Below, in pieces: positions 1-10,117 of a DNA stretch of 64,000 bases (its first letter is position 1; each line of letters opens with the position of its first letter). The stretch comes from an uncultured Alphaproteobacteria bacterium. GTDB taxonomy: Bacteria; Pseudomonadota; Alphaproteobacteria; Rs-D84. The translations under genes were made by a program, and so were the position numbers. The notes beneath the pieces were generated by a model, which ran no database searches, was not told the DNA's origin, and worked only from the letters and a program-made list of their open reading frames with translations. The stretch is from NCBI GenBank assembly GCA_944392815.1, contig CALXXY010000003.1, forward strand, positions 1-64,000, written 5' to 3'.

Positions 1-182
1 AAATGCTCCCACCCCTCGGTATTGTCGCTGGTTCCACAATTGCTGATGTAATACCCCTCGGCACAGCTGGTATATTTTTTATACGACGGACACGAATATC
101 CGGCGGCCAACGCCGAATGCGTCACAAAAAATGCAACAAACAAAGATGCACAAATCCCCAGAAAACAGCGACTTTTTCCCAT
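1..182 (-). CDS. Secreted Cys-rich protein, N-terminal part (runs off the window)
   Basis: Not in the ORF track. Manual translation from ATG 182 with upstream GAGAGGAAAG RBS: MGKSRCFLGICASLFVAFFVTHSALA-AGYSCPSYKKYTSCAEGYYISNCG..., a signal peptide with ALA cleavage followed by Cys-rich sequence. Confidence 0.75.
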   Translation of the reverse strand, partial: MGKSRCFLGICASLFVAFFVTHSALAAGYSCPSYKKYTSCAEGYYISNCGTSDNTEGWEH

Positions 183-317
183 ACTTTCCTCTCTTTTGTA
201 TTTCATTGTAGAAAAAAACACGCATACGGTGCAAGGGGAAAAACAATTTTATTTACAAAAAAATTACACACACCAAAAACGACAAAATAAAAAACACGCC
301 ATTGGCGTGCACTTGTG

Positions 318-394
318 TGGTGGGTTAGGTAGGACTTGAACCCACGACCAAAGCGTTATGAGCGCTCCGCTCTAACCAACTGAGCTACTAACCC
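318..394 (-). tRNA. tRNA with CAT anticodon, most likely tRNA-Ile2 (lysidine)
   Basis: GGGTTAGTAGCTCAGTTGGTTAGAGC...AGCG-CTCATAA-CGCT...GGTTCAAGTCC...CCCACCA; GGG start and CGCTCATAAC arm resemble Ile2; no initiator features. Confidence 0.9.
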
Positions 395-485
395 ACGCGC
401 ACCATTATATATTATTTGCGATTCCATGCAAGTGATTTTTATTATCCGCTTTATTTTTTCCGCTGTTTGTGCCAATATATGTCAC

Positions 486-1766
486 ATGTCTGAATTGGTG
501 CCCATTTTAAGTGACGTACAGATGGCGGCGTTTAACACAATTGAACGCACCAATTCCAATTTGTTAATCCTGGGCCAGGCGGGCACAGGCAAATCCACAT
601 TCGTGAACTATTTAAAATCGGCATCAAAAAAACGCATAATATGCGCATGCCCAACCGCAGTTTCTGCATTAAACGTTGGTGGGCAAACAATTCATTCATT
701 GTTTCAAATTCAACCGCGTGATTTTATTATGCCTGAATTGTTGAAATTAAAGGCCAAACCACGCAACATATTAACCGCCGCAGATGTTTTGATTATCGAC
801 GAAATATCCATGGTCGCCCCAGATTTATTGGACGCGGTGGATATCCTGGCGCGCATGGCACGCCACAACAGCGCCCCATTCGGTGGACTGCAGGTTGTTG
901 CAATCGGCGATTTATTTCAATTGCCACCGGTCATAACGAGTGACGCAATGAATTATTATCGCGATGAATACGGACATGAAAACGCATATTTTTTTGACGC
1001 CAACGCATACCGGCGCGCTGATTTCGTCCGATATGATTTTGATTTAGTTTATCGTCAAAACGACACAGAATTATTGGAAAACCTGCGGCGATTGCGTCAT
1101 AATGATTTGTCTGCATTAGAATTTTTCAACAATTGCAAAATATTGGACGCAACCCGCCGCGACAACGCGGTTATCATAACACCATTCAGGGCTGTGGCCG
1201 AACGCATAAACACATCGCGATTGAATCAAATTAATGCACCTGAAATCACATACACGGGTCAATTGTCAGGAAATTTTTCCGAACGCGATGTTCCTGCGCC
1301 AATGAATTTAACGCTGCGGGTTGGGGCATTGGTTGTATTTGTTAAAAACGGCGACAAATGGCATAACGGTTCAATGGGACTGGTGCGAAATTTGGGGCCG
1401 CGTGAAATCACGGTTGAATTGTTAAACAAATCACGCGACATTGTCACTGTAAAGCCCGAAACGTGGCAAAAAATAGAATACGTTCGCGACGAAAACGAAC
1501 GATTACAGGAAAACGAAGTTGGCAGTTTCAAACAATTCCCATTGAATTTGGGCTATGCCATGACCATACACAAAGCCCAGGGCAAAACCCTGGACGCTGT
1601 TGTTGTGGATATTTCGCGTGGTGCATTTGCACACGGACAAACATATGTGGCTTTGTCGCGCACGCGAAACGCGGCCGATATGCACGTGGCGTCACCATTG
1701 CGCCCACGCGATGTTATTTTTGATGACCGCGTACTTCCCTTTGTTGACGAATATCATTCAGCATAA
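486..1766 (+). CDS. Pif1-family SF1B 5'-3' DNA helicase
   Basis: GQAGTGKST, IDEISM, PFGGLQVV, GDLFQLPPV, FPLNLGYAMTIHKAQG and GQTYVALSR motifs; start placed at MSELVP. Confidence 0.9.
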   Translation: MSELVPILSDVQMAAFNTIERTNSNLLILGQAGTGKSTFVNYLKSASKKRIICACPTAVSALNVGGQTIHSLFQIQPRDFIMPELLKLKAKPRNILTAADVLIIDEISMVAPDLLDAVDILARMARHNSAPFGGLQVVAIGDLFQLPPVITSDAMNYYRDEYGHENAYFFDANAYRRADFVRYDFDLVYRQNDTELLENLRRLRHNDLSALEFFNNCKILDATRRDNAVIITPFRAVAERINTSRLNQINAPEITYTGQLSGNFSERDVPAPMNLTLRVGALVVFVKNGDKWHNGSMGLVRNLGPREITVELLNKSRDIVTVKPETWQKIEYVRDENERLQENEVGSFKQFPLNLGYAMTIHKAQGKTLDAVVVDISRGAFAHGQTYVALSRTRNAADMHVASPLRPRDVIFDDRVLPFVDEYHSA

Positions 1767-2787
1767 TGTTATATAACATTTCACCATTGCGACGCAGAAC
1801 ATCTGTATCAATACCATTGCCGTCAACCAACTGATTCACAGACATCACAGTGGTGCCATTTATTGCACTTTGTGCGGCGCGCGCCAACGCATTGCGTTCC
1901 GCCCCGAAAATAATTTCGCCATCGGCCGTCAACGGCCATTTTTCGTTATCGGATTTTAACAATCCAGTCAAATTATGTTCTTTGAACGATAATTCTTTTA
2001 AATGACCGCCAATAAAAACGTTCCCGTATTCAGTTTCAAAAAAGCACGGCACGATATCAGCCGAATTTTCATACATCCAACCAGCAAACAAATTGTGGTG
2101 ATTCTGCATCATGGTATCTTCGGCCGACGCAAACGATATAGTATTAAAACGCTGTTTGGTTAATGGCGCAATTGGACTGTGCTGGATAACCACCAATTCA
2201 TGTTGAATGTCCCGCGTATCAGTGGCGCTGTATCCCAATTTTAACATTTCATCAGCCATCAAATTTCCCATTTGCCATATAACAGACGCGCCATGACAAT
2301 GTGCGAAAAATTTTATCCGCTGCAGATTTTTTATCGCCATGTCGGGATTAATTCTGTGACCAGATGCGTCAACAATACGCGGGCGCAACAATACATCAAA
2401 CAATTGCCGCACATAATTTGCCACAGGTTCATTCGCCCGCATTTCTTTCAGTATTTGTTCGTTTTTATCCTGGACAATCGCATTATGCCGCAAACGCCGA
2501 CCGGCTATTTTGAATTGTTCAGTACGTTCCAACCCTGGATTTCGCGACCCAAATTTATATGCCACAGAATAAATATTTATTCCAAACACGCCATTTTCAG
2601 CCAACGCGTGTTGTAAGATTTTCGCATATGAATTTGCACCATGTGCGTTTACAGTCAATTCACCACCAAACGCAACGAATGCAGGCGCGTCCACTGGAAT
2701 ATTTGTCACGGTTATCGCCCCGTGCGGTGCCGCATCAGATTTCGGCACACGTTGGATAACAGTTGCACTGCTGGGGATATACGTCAT
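1714..2787 (-). CDS. Hypothetical protein, possible alpha/beta-hydrolase fold
   Basis: 357-aa ORF coupled to rimI; FFAHCHGAS elbow-like motif. Confidence 0.65.
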   Translation of the reverse strand: MTYIPSSATVIQRVPKSDAAPHGAITVTNIPVDAPAFVAFGGELTVNAHGANSYAKILQHALAENGVFGINIYSVAYKFGSRNPGLERTEQFKIAGRRLRHNAIVQDKNEQILKEMRANEPVANYVRQLFDVLLRPRIVDASGHRINPDMAIKNLQRIKFFAHCHGASVIWQMGNLMADEMLKLGYSATDTRDIQHELVVIQHSPIAPLTKQRFNTISFASAEDTMMQNHHNLFAGWMYENSADIVPCFFETEYGNVFIGGHLKELSFKEHNLTGLLKSDNEKWPLTADGEIIFGAERNALARAAQSAINGTTVMSVNQLVDGNGIDTDVLRRNGEMLYNIMLNDIRQQREVRGHQK

Positions 2788-3170
2788 AATGCTTTCTCCA
2801 TCAAAATGGCGTCAACGCCGTTATAATATTTTGGTCGCACCCCAACACGCACGTATCCATTATGTTCATACAATGCGCGGGCAGGGACGTTGTTTTCTGC
2901 GACCTCCAAAAATATTTTTTTACCGCCACGCTTTTTTACATCATTTTCGACCAATGTCAACATAGCGGCCGCAATTCCACCACGTCGCGCGTCTGGGTGC
3001 ACACCGATTGTGATAATTTCGGCCTCGTCCGCGACAACGCGCCACACGACAAAACCATTTTGGCTGGCCATAATGTCACAGCCCGATTTTTTTAAATCCG
3101 CAAATTCACCCGCCGACCACGGTCGTTCTGGAAAACATGCCCGATGAAGATTTTCCAATTCATTCAACAT
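2784..3170 (-). CDS. rimI: Ribosomal-protein-alanine N-acetyltransferase (GNAT)
   Basis: PWS, EAEIITIGV, RRGGIA, FLEVAENN, LYEHNGY, RPKYY; follows tsaB. Confidence 0.9.
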   Translation of the reverse strand: MLNELENLHRACFPERPWSAGEFADLKKSGCDIMASQNGFVVWRVVADEAEIITIGVHPDARRGGIAAAMLTLVENDVKKRGGKKIFLEVAENNVPARALYEHNGYVRVGVRPKYYNGVDAILMEKAL

Positions 3171-3723
3171 TGCAGTCGTGTTTTTGTTCCGCATAACTGG
3201 GGCGCAAATACATCGGCACCACAGGTTCATTGTTCCCATTTGCCAATTTATTATTCACAATCGATACCGCATTTTTTAAATTAAACGGTTTATGTCCCAC
3301 GGTACGCGGACATTCCATCTGTTTAACCTCTACATCGTCAATTGTCATGGTGCATGGCGCCAGCGTCTGTGACGCAACAAAAAAATCCCCACGTCCAGAA
3401 TCAATCGCGACAAACGCGTCCGGCGTATCGTGCAAATATAATTCAAACGCATTTACCGGCACCACAGGAATATTTAACCCCAACGCCAACCCTTTGGCAT
3501 AGGCGATACCCAAACGAATCCCAGTAAAACTGCCCGGACCAACCACCACACCGATGGCGGTTAAATCGCGCCAATCTGCACCACATTCATGCAAAAAACG
3601 TTCGCATTCCACGGGCAGGGCAACGGACTGTTTATCCGCATCAACATGCGAATATTTATCGTCCAACACGAATTCCAACGCATTCCCAGATGTGTTAATA
3701 ACCAAAATCATTTTATTCCCCAT
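3160..3723 (-). CDS. tsaB: t6A biosynthesis protein TsaB
   Basis: ILVINTS, VGPGSFTGIRLG, PMYLR. Confidence 0.92.
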   Translation of the reverse strand: MGNKMILVINTSGNALEFVLDDKYSHVDADKQSVALPVECERFLHECGADWRDLTAIGVVVGPGSFTGIRLGIAYAKGLALGLNIPVVPVNAFELYLHDTPDAFVAIDSGRGDFFVASQTLAPCTMTIDDVEVKQMECPRTVGHKPFNLKNAVSIVNNKLANGNNEPVVPMYLRPSYAEQKHDCNVE

Positions 3724-5481
3724 TTATGCCCGCACGCCAAATCCAATACGCTTGGCCAACGTGGCAGATTTCCGCACAGCCAACAATTCATCAATTTTTG
3801 ACGATGTGAATTCTGTTTTGACGTCCTGGCAATCGTGTTCCAACAAAGTCCGACGCAACACAGCCGTCAATTCACGTTGCAATTCACGAACACCATCTTC
3901 GGACGTATAGTCGCGAATCAAATGCCGCAACGCATCATCACCAATTACAATATTGTTCACGTCCCAACCCGTATCGGCCGCAGCACGCGCAATTAAATGC
4001 TCGCGCGCAATCTGCAATTTTTCATCTTCGCTGTATCCAGGAATTTCGATGATTTCCATACGATCCTTTAACGCGTTTGACATATTTAAACTGTTCGCGG
4101 TTGCAATAAACAACACATTCGACAGGTCAAAGTCAACCTCCAGATAATGGTCGCGGAATGATTTATTTTGCTCGGGATCCAAAATTTCCAACAACGCGGA
4201 TTCAGGATCACCGCGCCAATCACGCCCCATTTTATCAATTTCGTCCAAAACAATCACTGGATTATTTGTTTTGCAGCGTTTCAACGCGTCCATAATGCGT
4301 CCAGTTTGCGCCCCAATATACGTTTTGCGGTGACCGCGAAAATGCGCTTCGTCAGAAATTCCGCCCAACGATATACGTTGATATTTTCGACCTAATGCCT
4401 CGGCTATGGATTTACACAGCGATGTTTTACCAACACCTGGCGCCCCAACAAAACATAATATACTGCCGTGATTGCCACCAGTTTTTTTCATAACGGCAAT
4501 ATGTTCCAAAATGCGTTCTTTGACCGGTTGCATGCCAGAATGCTGGGAATCCAACACCGCGCGCGCAGTTTTCAAATCAATCGGCGCATTATCAGATTTA
4601 TCCCACGGCATAGACAACAATTCTTCTATATACGTTTTTAACAAACCGCCTTCGTTGGACATGGGCGACATACTGCGCATGCGTTTCCATTCAGACAGTG
4701 CCTTTTCTTTGGCATCGCGGGGCATAGCAGACCGTTCAATCCGCTTGCGCAGATTTTCGGTATCCATTTCTTCGCTGTCATCACCCATTTCGCGCTGAAT
4801 AGCCCGCATTTTTTCCTGCAAAATTGCCTCGCGCCGGCCATTTTCCATTTGTTGTTGAATTCTGCGATTAATCGAGTTTTCGATTTTTGCCGTTTCAGCC
4901 ATTAAATTAATGTGTTCCAGCAAAATCATCAGTTTTTCGCGCCACGATTGCGCACGCAAAACACGCACGGCATCATCAGTGTCCAATTCAATCGTTTGAA
5001 TCACAGAATCAATAAATGCCGCCATCGGATAATTTTGAATAATCGCGCGCATTTTATCGATTTTAAATTTTCGTGCAACAGACAGCGCCTGGATATTTTC
5101 AGCCACTTTGTCCCGCAACGCGATTGTTTGATCCAACGTGCTGTCGTCCTGAAATTCCGCCGCCACAGCATCGGCAACAAACAGTCCATTGTCCATGGCC
5201 ACATCGTGCAAATTCACAACATCAGTCGTGCGAATAATTGCATGCAGCGTTCCATCTGGCATGCGTAAAACCTGGGCAATGTCGCCCAATGTGCCAATAT
5301 CATACAAATCAGCCGGCGACGCCGGATACGACCACGAATGCTGGGGCGTAATGACCAGTTTTTGATTTGCGGCGGCTGCGGCCTCTATACACGCAACAGA
5401 CGCCGGATTATCAATATACACAGGCACGGTTAACCCCGGGTGCACAACCAAATCACGAAAAGGTAAAATATAGTTTTTCAT
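3724..5481 (-). CDS. lon: Lon-family AAA+ ATPase (N domain + AAA+, no C-terminal protease domain)
   Basis: LPFRDLVVHPG N domain, GAPGVGKTS, RGHRKTYIGA, LDEIDK, PEQNKSFRDHY, GVRELQR; ends after the AAA helical domain at about 585 aa. Confidence 0.85.
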   Translation of the reverse strand: MKNYILPFRDLVVHPGLTVPVYIDNPASVACIEAAAAANQKLVITPQHSWSYPASPADLYDIGTLGDIAQVLRMPDGTLHAIIRTTDVVNLHDVAMDNGLFVADAVAAEFQDDSTLDQTIALRDKVAENIQALSVARKFKIDKMRAIIQNYPMAAFIDSVIQTIELDTDDAVRVLRAQSWREKLMILLEHINLMAETAKIENSINRRIQQQMENGRREAILQEKMRAIQREMGDDSEEMDTENLRKRIERSAMPRDAKEKALSEWKRMRSMSPMSNEGGLLKTYIEELLSMPWDKSDNAPIDLKTARAVLDSQHSGMQPVKERILEHIAVMKKTGGNHGSILCFVGAPGVGKTSLCKSIAEALGRKYQRISLGGISDEAHFRGHRKTYIGAQTGRIMDALKRCKTNNPVIVLDEIDKMGRDWRGDPESALLEILDPEQNKSFRDHYLEVDFDLSNVLFIATANSLNMSNALKDRMEIIEIPGYSEDEKLQIAREHLIARAAADTGWDVNNIVIGDDALRHLIRDYTSEDGVRELQRELTAVLRRTLLEHDCQDVKTEFTSSKIDELLAVRKSATLAKRIGFGVRA

Positions 5482-5575
5482 AGTGTTTTTAATATAGGAT
5501 TTTTTCTGGCGATTTTCAAGTCCCATGAAAAAAGGCCCCACCCGGGGCCAATTCGACGTTTTTATCGACCGAATT

Positions 5576-5806
5576 TTAACGGCGACGTCCATTGTACCCG
5601 TTGTATTGGGCGCTGTTGCTGGAACGTTTCGACAAATAACGTGCCGCAATCAATACCAACCATTCAAACGACAACAATCCCAACCAGCCCAACTTTGCGT
5701 CAAATCCCGGCACCCAGCCCAGCACATATACGATTTGCGCAACAAAAGAAATGTATAAAAATCCAAACATACCTGTGAAAAATATTTTTTTAACTTTTCC
5801 GAACAT
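5576..5806 (-). CDS. Small membrane protein (2 TM, basic tail)
   Basis: 76 aa with two hydrophobic stretches; AAAGGA RBS upstream. Confidence 0.6.
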   Translation of the reverse strand: MFGKVKKIFFTGMFGFLYISFVAQIVYVLGWVPGFDAKLGWLGLLSFEWLVLIAARYLSKRSSNSAQYNGYNGRRR

Positions 5807-5859
5807 GATTTAATTCCTTTCTGTATGTGTTTACGACGATAAAAAACAATTGCCGGGTT

Positions 5860-6168
5860 TCTGTTGCCGGGCACCCGGCCGGCCCCGCATTGGCTTAAAC
5901 GGATATAATTAACAATCGCCAATTATACCCAAACGCCTATTAGGCAGCCATTGCAAGGCGAACGTTGTCGTTCGCAGCGATTCTATCGCCATTCAGTTTT
6001 TATTTGGCTTTTAACGACGCCATGTCGGATTCAGCCGATTTGCCTTTACTGCGCCTGTCGAAACTATGTCAGCCCCATAAGATTTATTGGTGGAGCTGTG
6101 GGGTACCGCCCCCCAGTCCAAAACGACTATTCCGCAACGGGTTCAGAATCATCATCGCTTTCGCGACA
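5860..6168 (-). ncRNA. ssrA: tmRNA, circularly permuted two-piece alphaproteobacterial type; tag (A)ANDNVRLAMAA*
   Basis: Acceptor piece ...GGGGCGGTACCCCACAGCTCCACCA (CCA 6090-6088), 11-nt spacer, then GGGGCTGA...TTCGAC (starts 6076); tag ORF 5975-5940; TTGCAT...TATAAT promoter upstream. Ends approximate. Confidence 0.92.
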
Positions 6169-6209
6169 GAATGATTATAATATTTATGGTGGCAAATGCA
6201 AGTTTTTAA

Positions 6210-7734
<1,525 letters not shown>

Positions 7735-7798
7735 TTTTCAGATTTTTATCTGTTAACATTGCAACCACTAAATTACAAAAGCAAAGGAGAACCATATC

Positions 7799-8422
7799 AT
7801 GGCATCATTAAAAGGAACCCAAACAGAAAAAAATCTGTTAATTGCGTTCGCCGGCGAATCCCAGGCACGTAATCGCTATACATTTTTTGCGTCCCGTGCC
7901 AAGGACGAGGGCTATCAGGCAATCAGCAAAATTTTCCTGGAAACAGCTGAACAGGAAAAAGAACACGCGTCGCGCCTGTTCAAGTTTCTAGAGGGCGGTG
8001 AACTGGAAATAACCGCCGCATACCCAGCGGGCAAAATCGGTACCACTTTGGAAAATCTGCAGGCCGCCGCATACGGTGAACACGAAGAAAACACAAACAT
8101 GTACCCGAAATTCGCGCAAATCGCCGCCCAGGAAGGATTCGATTCCATCGCCGAAGTTTTGAAAAATATCGGCTATGCGGAACGTTATCACGAATCCCGC
8201 TATCGCGCATTGATTGACGCGATTGAATCCGGAACATTGTTCAAACAGGACAAAATCGTTATGTGGCGCTGCACAAATTGCGGCATGTGGCACATCGGGA
8301 CCGAGGCCCCAAAGGTATGCCCAGCATGCCTGCACCCCCAGGGCTATTTCATCAGCGAGGGCACAATTTCCCGCTGTGACACGAACGAAGGTTTCTGTGA
8401 ATATGCAAAAATCGATGATTAA
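7799..8422 (+). CDS. rbr: Rubrerythrin
   Basis: AFAGESQARNRY, EKEHA, ERYH di-iron ligands; C-terminal WRCTNCG...CPAC rubredoxin domain; AAGGAG RBS. Confidence 0.96.
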   Translation: MASLKGTQTEKNLLIAFAGESQARNRYTFFASRAKDEGYQAISKIFLETAEQEKEHASRLFKFLEGGELEITAAYPAGKIGTTLENLQAAAYGEHEENTNMYPKFAQIAAQEGFDSIAEVLKNIGYAERYHESRYRALIDAIESGTLFKQDKIVMWRCTNCGMWHIGTEAPKVCPACLHPQGYFISEGTISRCDTNEGFCEYAKIDD

Positions 8423-8440
8423 TTATAACAAATCATCTAA

Positions 8441-8470
8441 TAAAAAATCCGCCAATTGGCGGATTTTTTA
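8441..8470. terminator. Bidirectional intrinsic terminator
   Basis: TAAAAAATCCGCC-AATT-GGCGGATTTTTTA. Confidence 0.85.
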
Positions 8471-8692
8471 TTCAGAATAATAACAATCGCTTTCATAAAC
8501 CCATGTTCCACGCGGGTCGCTAAATTCCTGTTCGCGTTTTACATAACAACCGCGCACACCCCAATATAAATTGCTGTCATCGAACCGTACAACAGTATAT
8601 GGCCCGGCCACATTATTTGACGTTCCCAAAAAATCTTCTATGGAACCACTCGTGCCGGCACCGGGGTGGTTAGAGATTACAAGAATACGCAC
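8468..8692 (-). pseudogene. Start-less C-terminal fragment of a Cys-containing surface-protein-like gene
   Basis: No ATG or signal peptide; ends GCYVKREQEFSDPRGTWVYESDCYYSE*, similar in pattern to the 47867-48127 fragment. Confidence 0.45.
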
Positions 8693-8695
8693 TTA

Positions 8696-8841
8696 CCCCC
8701 CCCTTGTCATCGCGAGCAAAGCGTGGCGATCCAGTAAATAAAAAGTACTGCGGGCGAACGCCCGCAGACATTATCTATACTCTAAACTCTCCACTCTTCA
8801 CTCTTCACTCTGTTATTCCCGCGCGCATGCGCGGGAATAAT
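8696..8841. repeat. Composite palindromic repeat, copy A
   Basis: C8 tract, REP-like hairpin (8709-8730), hairpin CTGCGGGCG-AA-CGCCCGCAG, five ACTCT units at 7-bp period (8779-8811), palindrome TTATTCCCGCGC-GCAT-GCGCGGGAATAA (8813-8840). Confidence 0.8.
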
Positions 8842-8843
8842 TT

Positions 8844-9269
8844 TTACAACAAACCCGTTTTCATTTCGTCGCCAACATAAAATTTATACGTTTTCGGGGA
8901 AAACTGCAACAAAGTCAAATTCGCATCGTCCGCACCGCTATAGCCAAATTCGCTGTATCTGTCGCGCCAATATTTTTGCTTTTCTGCAATATCATTCACA
9001 ACATGCAATTCCCCAAACAGCCGCACAGCATACCGCGTTTGCGCATTAAAATAGTACAGGCAACACCGCGCATCACGCGACAACTGACGCATTTTCGGGC
9101 TGTCTGCGTTTGTTATAAAATGCAATTCTAAACTACTGGCGTCTGCATTCAACGCATTCATCACTGTTCTGCATTCAGGAAACCCGTCCAGCCGATTGGT
9201 GCACAAATCCACATTTTCGCACGATTTCACAACGTCTATGATTGATTGGATATCATTCGTTTCCTGCAT
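8844..9269 (-). CDS. Pyridoxamine 5'-phosphate oxidase-like (general stress protein 26) FMN-binding protein
   Basis: GFPECRTV, FITNADSPK, CCLYY, KQKYW, DANLTLLQFSP. Confidence 0.8.
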   Translation of the reverse strand: MQETNDIQSIIDVVKSCENVDLCTNRLDGFPECRTVMNALNADASSLELHFITNADSPKMRQLSRDARCCLYYFNAQTRYAVRLFGELHVVNDIAEKQKYWRDRYSEFGYSGADDANLTLLQFSPKTYKFYVGDEMKTGLL

Positions 9270-9726
9270 TGGATACCTCCATTTCGTCCAAAATATCGTC
9301 CAGCATACGCAGCGCGCTGTTCTGGCACGCACGCCCACGCCACGTCATCAGTTCTTCGCCAGTTTGCTGATCGGCAACAGATACATTAAAATTCCACCAC
9401 CAAAATCCGTTAAACGTACACCAAATCGGGTTAAACTTTTCGCTGCGTTCAGATACTTTTACAATATACCGCACTTCGTCCGGAATAACAGCGGAATCAA
9501 TTTCTATGCTGTCCGCCCCAGACACCACATCACGACTGGCGGTGGCTGTTCCAACCACAACATGATAACCGCGCGATTGCAATTGTTCTTTGATGCTGCG
9601 CTTCATACCATATCCGCCACGATCGGCATAAATTACCTGACCGGGAATTAACGAATTCGGTTTTACGTACACACTGTTGCACGCAGCCAAAGACAAAACC
9701 GCAAACAAAACAAACAACCGTTTCAT
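9253..9726 (-). CDS. Lipoprotein of unknown function
   Basis: MKRLFVLFAVLSLAAC lipobox. Confidence 0.75.
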   Translation of the reverse strand: MKRLFVLFAVLSLAACNSVYVKPNSLIPGQVIYADRGGYGMKRSIKEQLQSRGYHVVVGTATASRDVVSGADSIEIDSAVIPDEVRYIVKVSERSEKFNPIWCTFNGFWWWNFNVSVADQQTGEELMTWRGRACQNSALRMLDDILDEMEVSNAGNE

Positions 9727-9774
9727 AATTACACCCTTTGCCACAGTTTATACAAAATAATACACACAATACAA

Positions 9775-10012
9775 GTCCAAATCGCGAGGCGCAAAGCATA
9801 AATTAAACCGCCATGCGGCGGTTGAATTTCTGGCGCACCCGGCGGATTCCCTCGCACGACACATTCGTGTCGGCTGCGGGGCAACCGTGACGATTTGCCG
9901 AAACTATCGTTTGGCAAATCTACTTGTTGTCGAACGCCGCGCGTCCAAATCGCGGGGCGCAAAGCATAAATTAAACCGCCATACGGCGGTTGAATTTCTG
10001 GCGCACCCGGCG
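9775..10012 (-). repeat. tRNA-Arg-linked direct repeat (about 70-bp shared block, 168-bp period)
   Basis: 9775-9844 and 9943-10012 are nearly identical and include the tRNA 3' end and a terminator-like hairpin. Confidence 0.9.
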
Positions 10013-10075
10013 CGATTCGAACGCGCAGTCCCCGCCTTCGGAGGGCGATGCTCTATCCAGTTGAGCCACGGGTGC
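9999..10075 (-). tRNA. tRNA-Arg(CCG)
   Basis: GCACCCGTGGCTCAACTGGATAGAGC...CT-CCG-AA...GTTCGAATC...GGGTGCGCCA. Confidence 0.95.
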
Positions 10076-10117
10076 ATTAAAATACGCGTATGATTATATA
10101 CTTGCACGAATATAAAA

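Noticed and set aside
3-290. 95-aa plus-strand ORF
   Set aside because: Shadow of a minus-strand gene with clear RBS and signal peptide starting at 182
9775-10012. CRISPR array (also considered at 44321-44505)
   Set aside because: Only two ~70-bp copies, derived from tRNA 3' ends, and no cas genes
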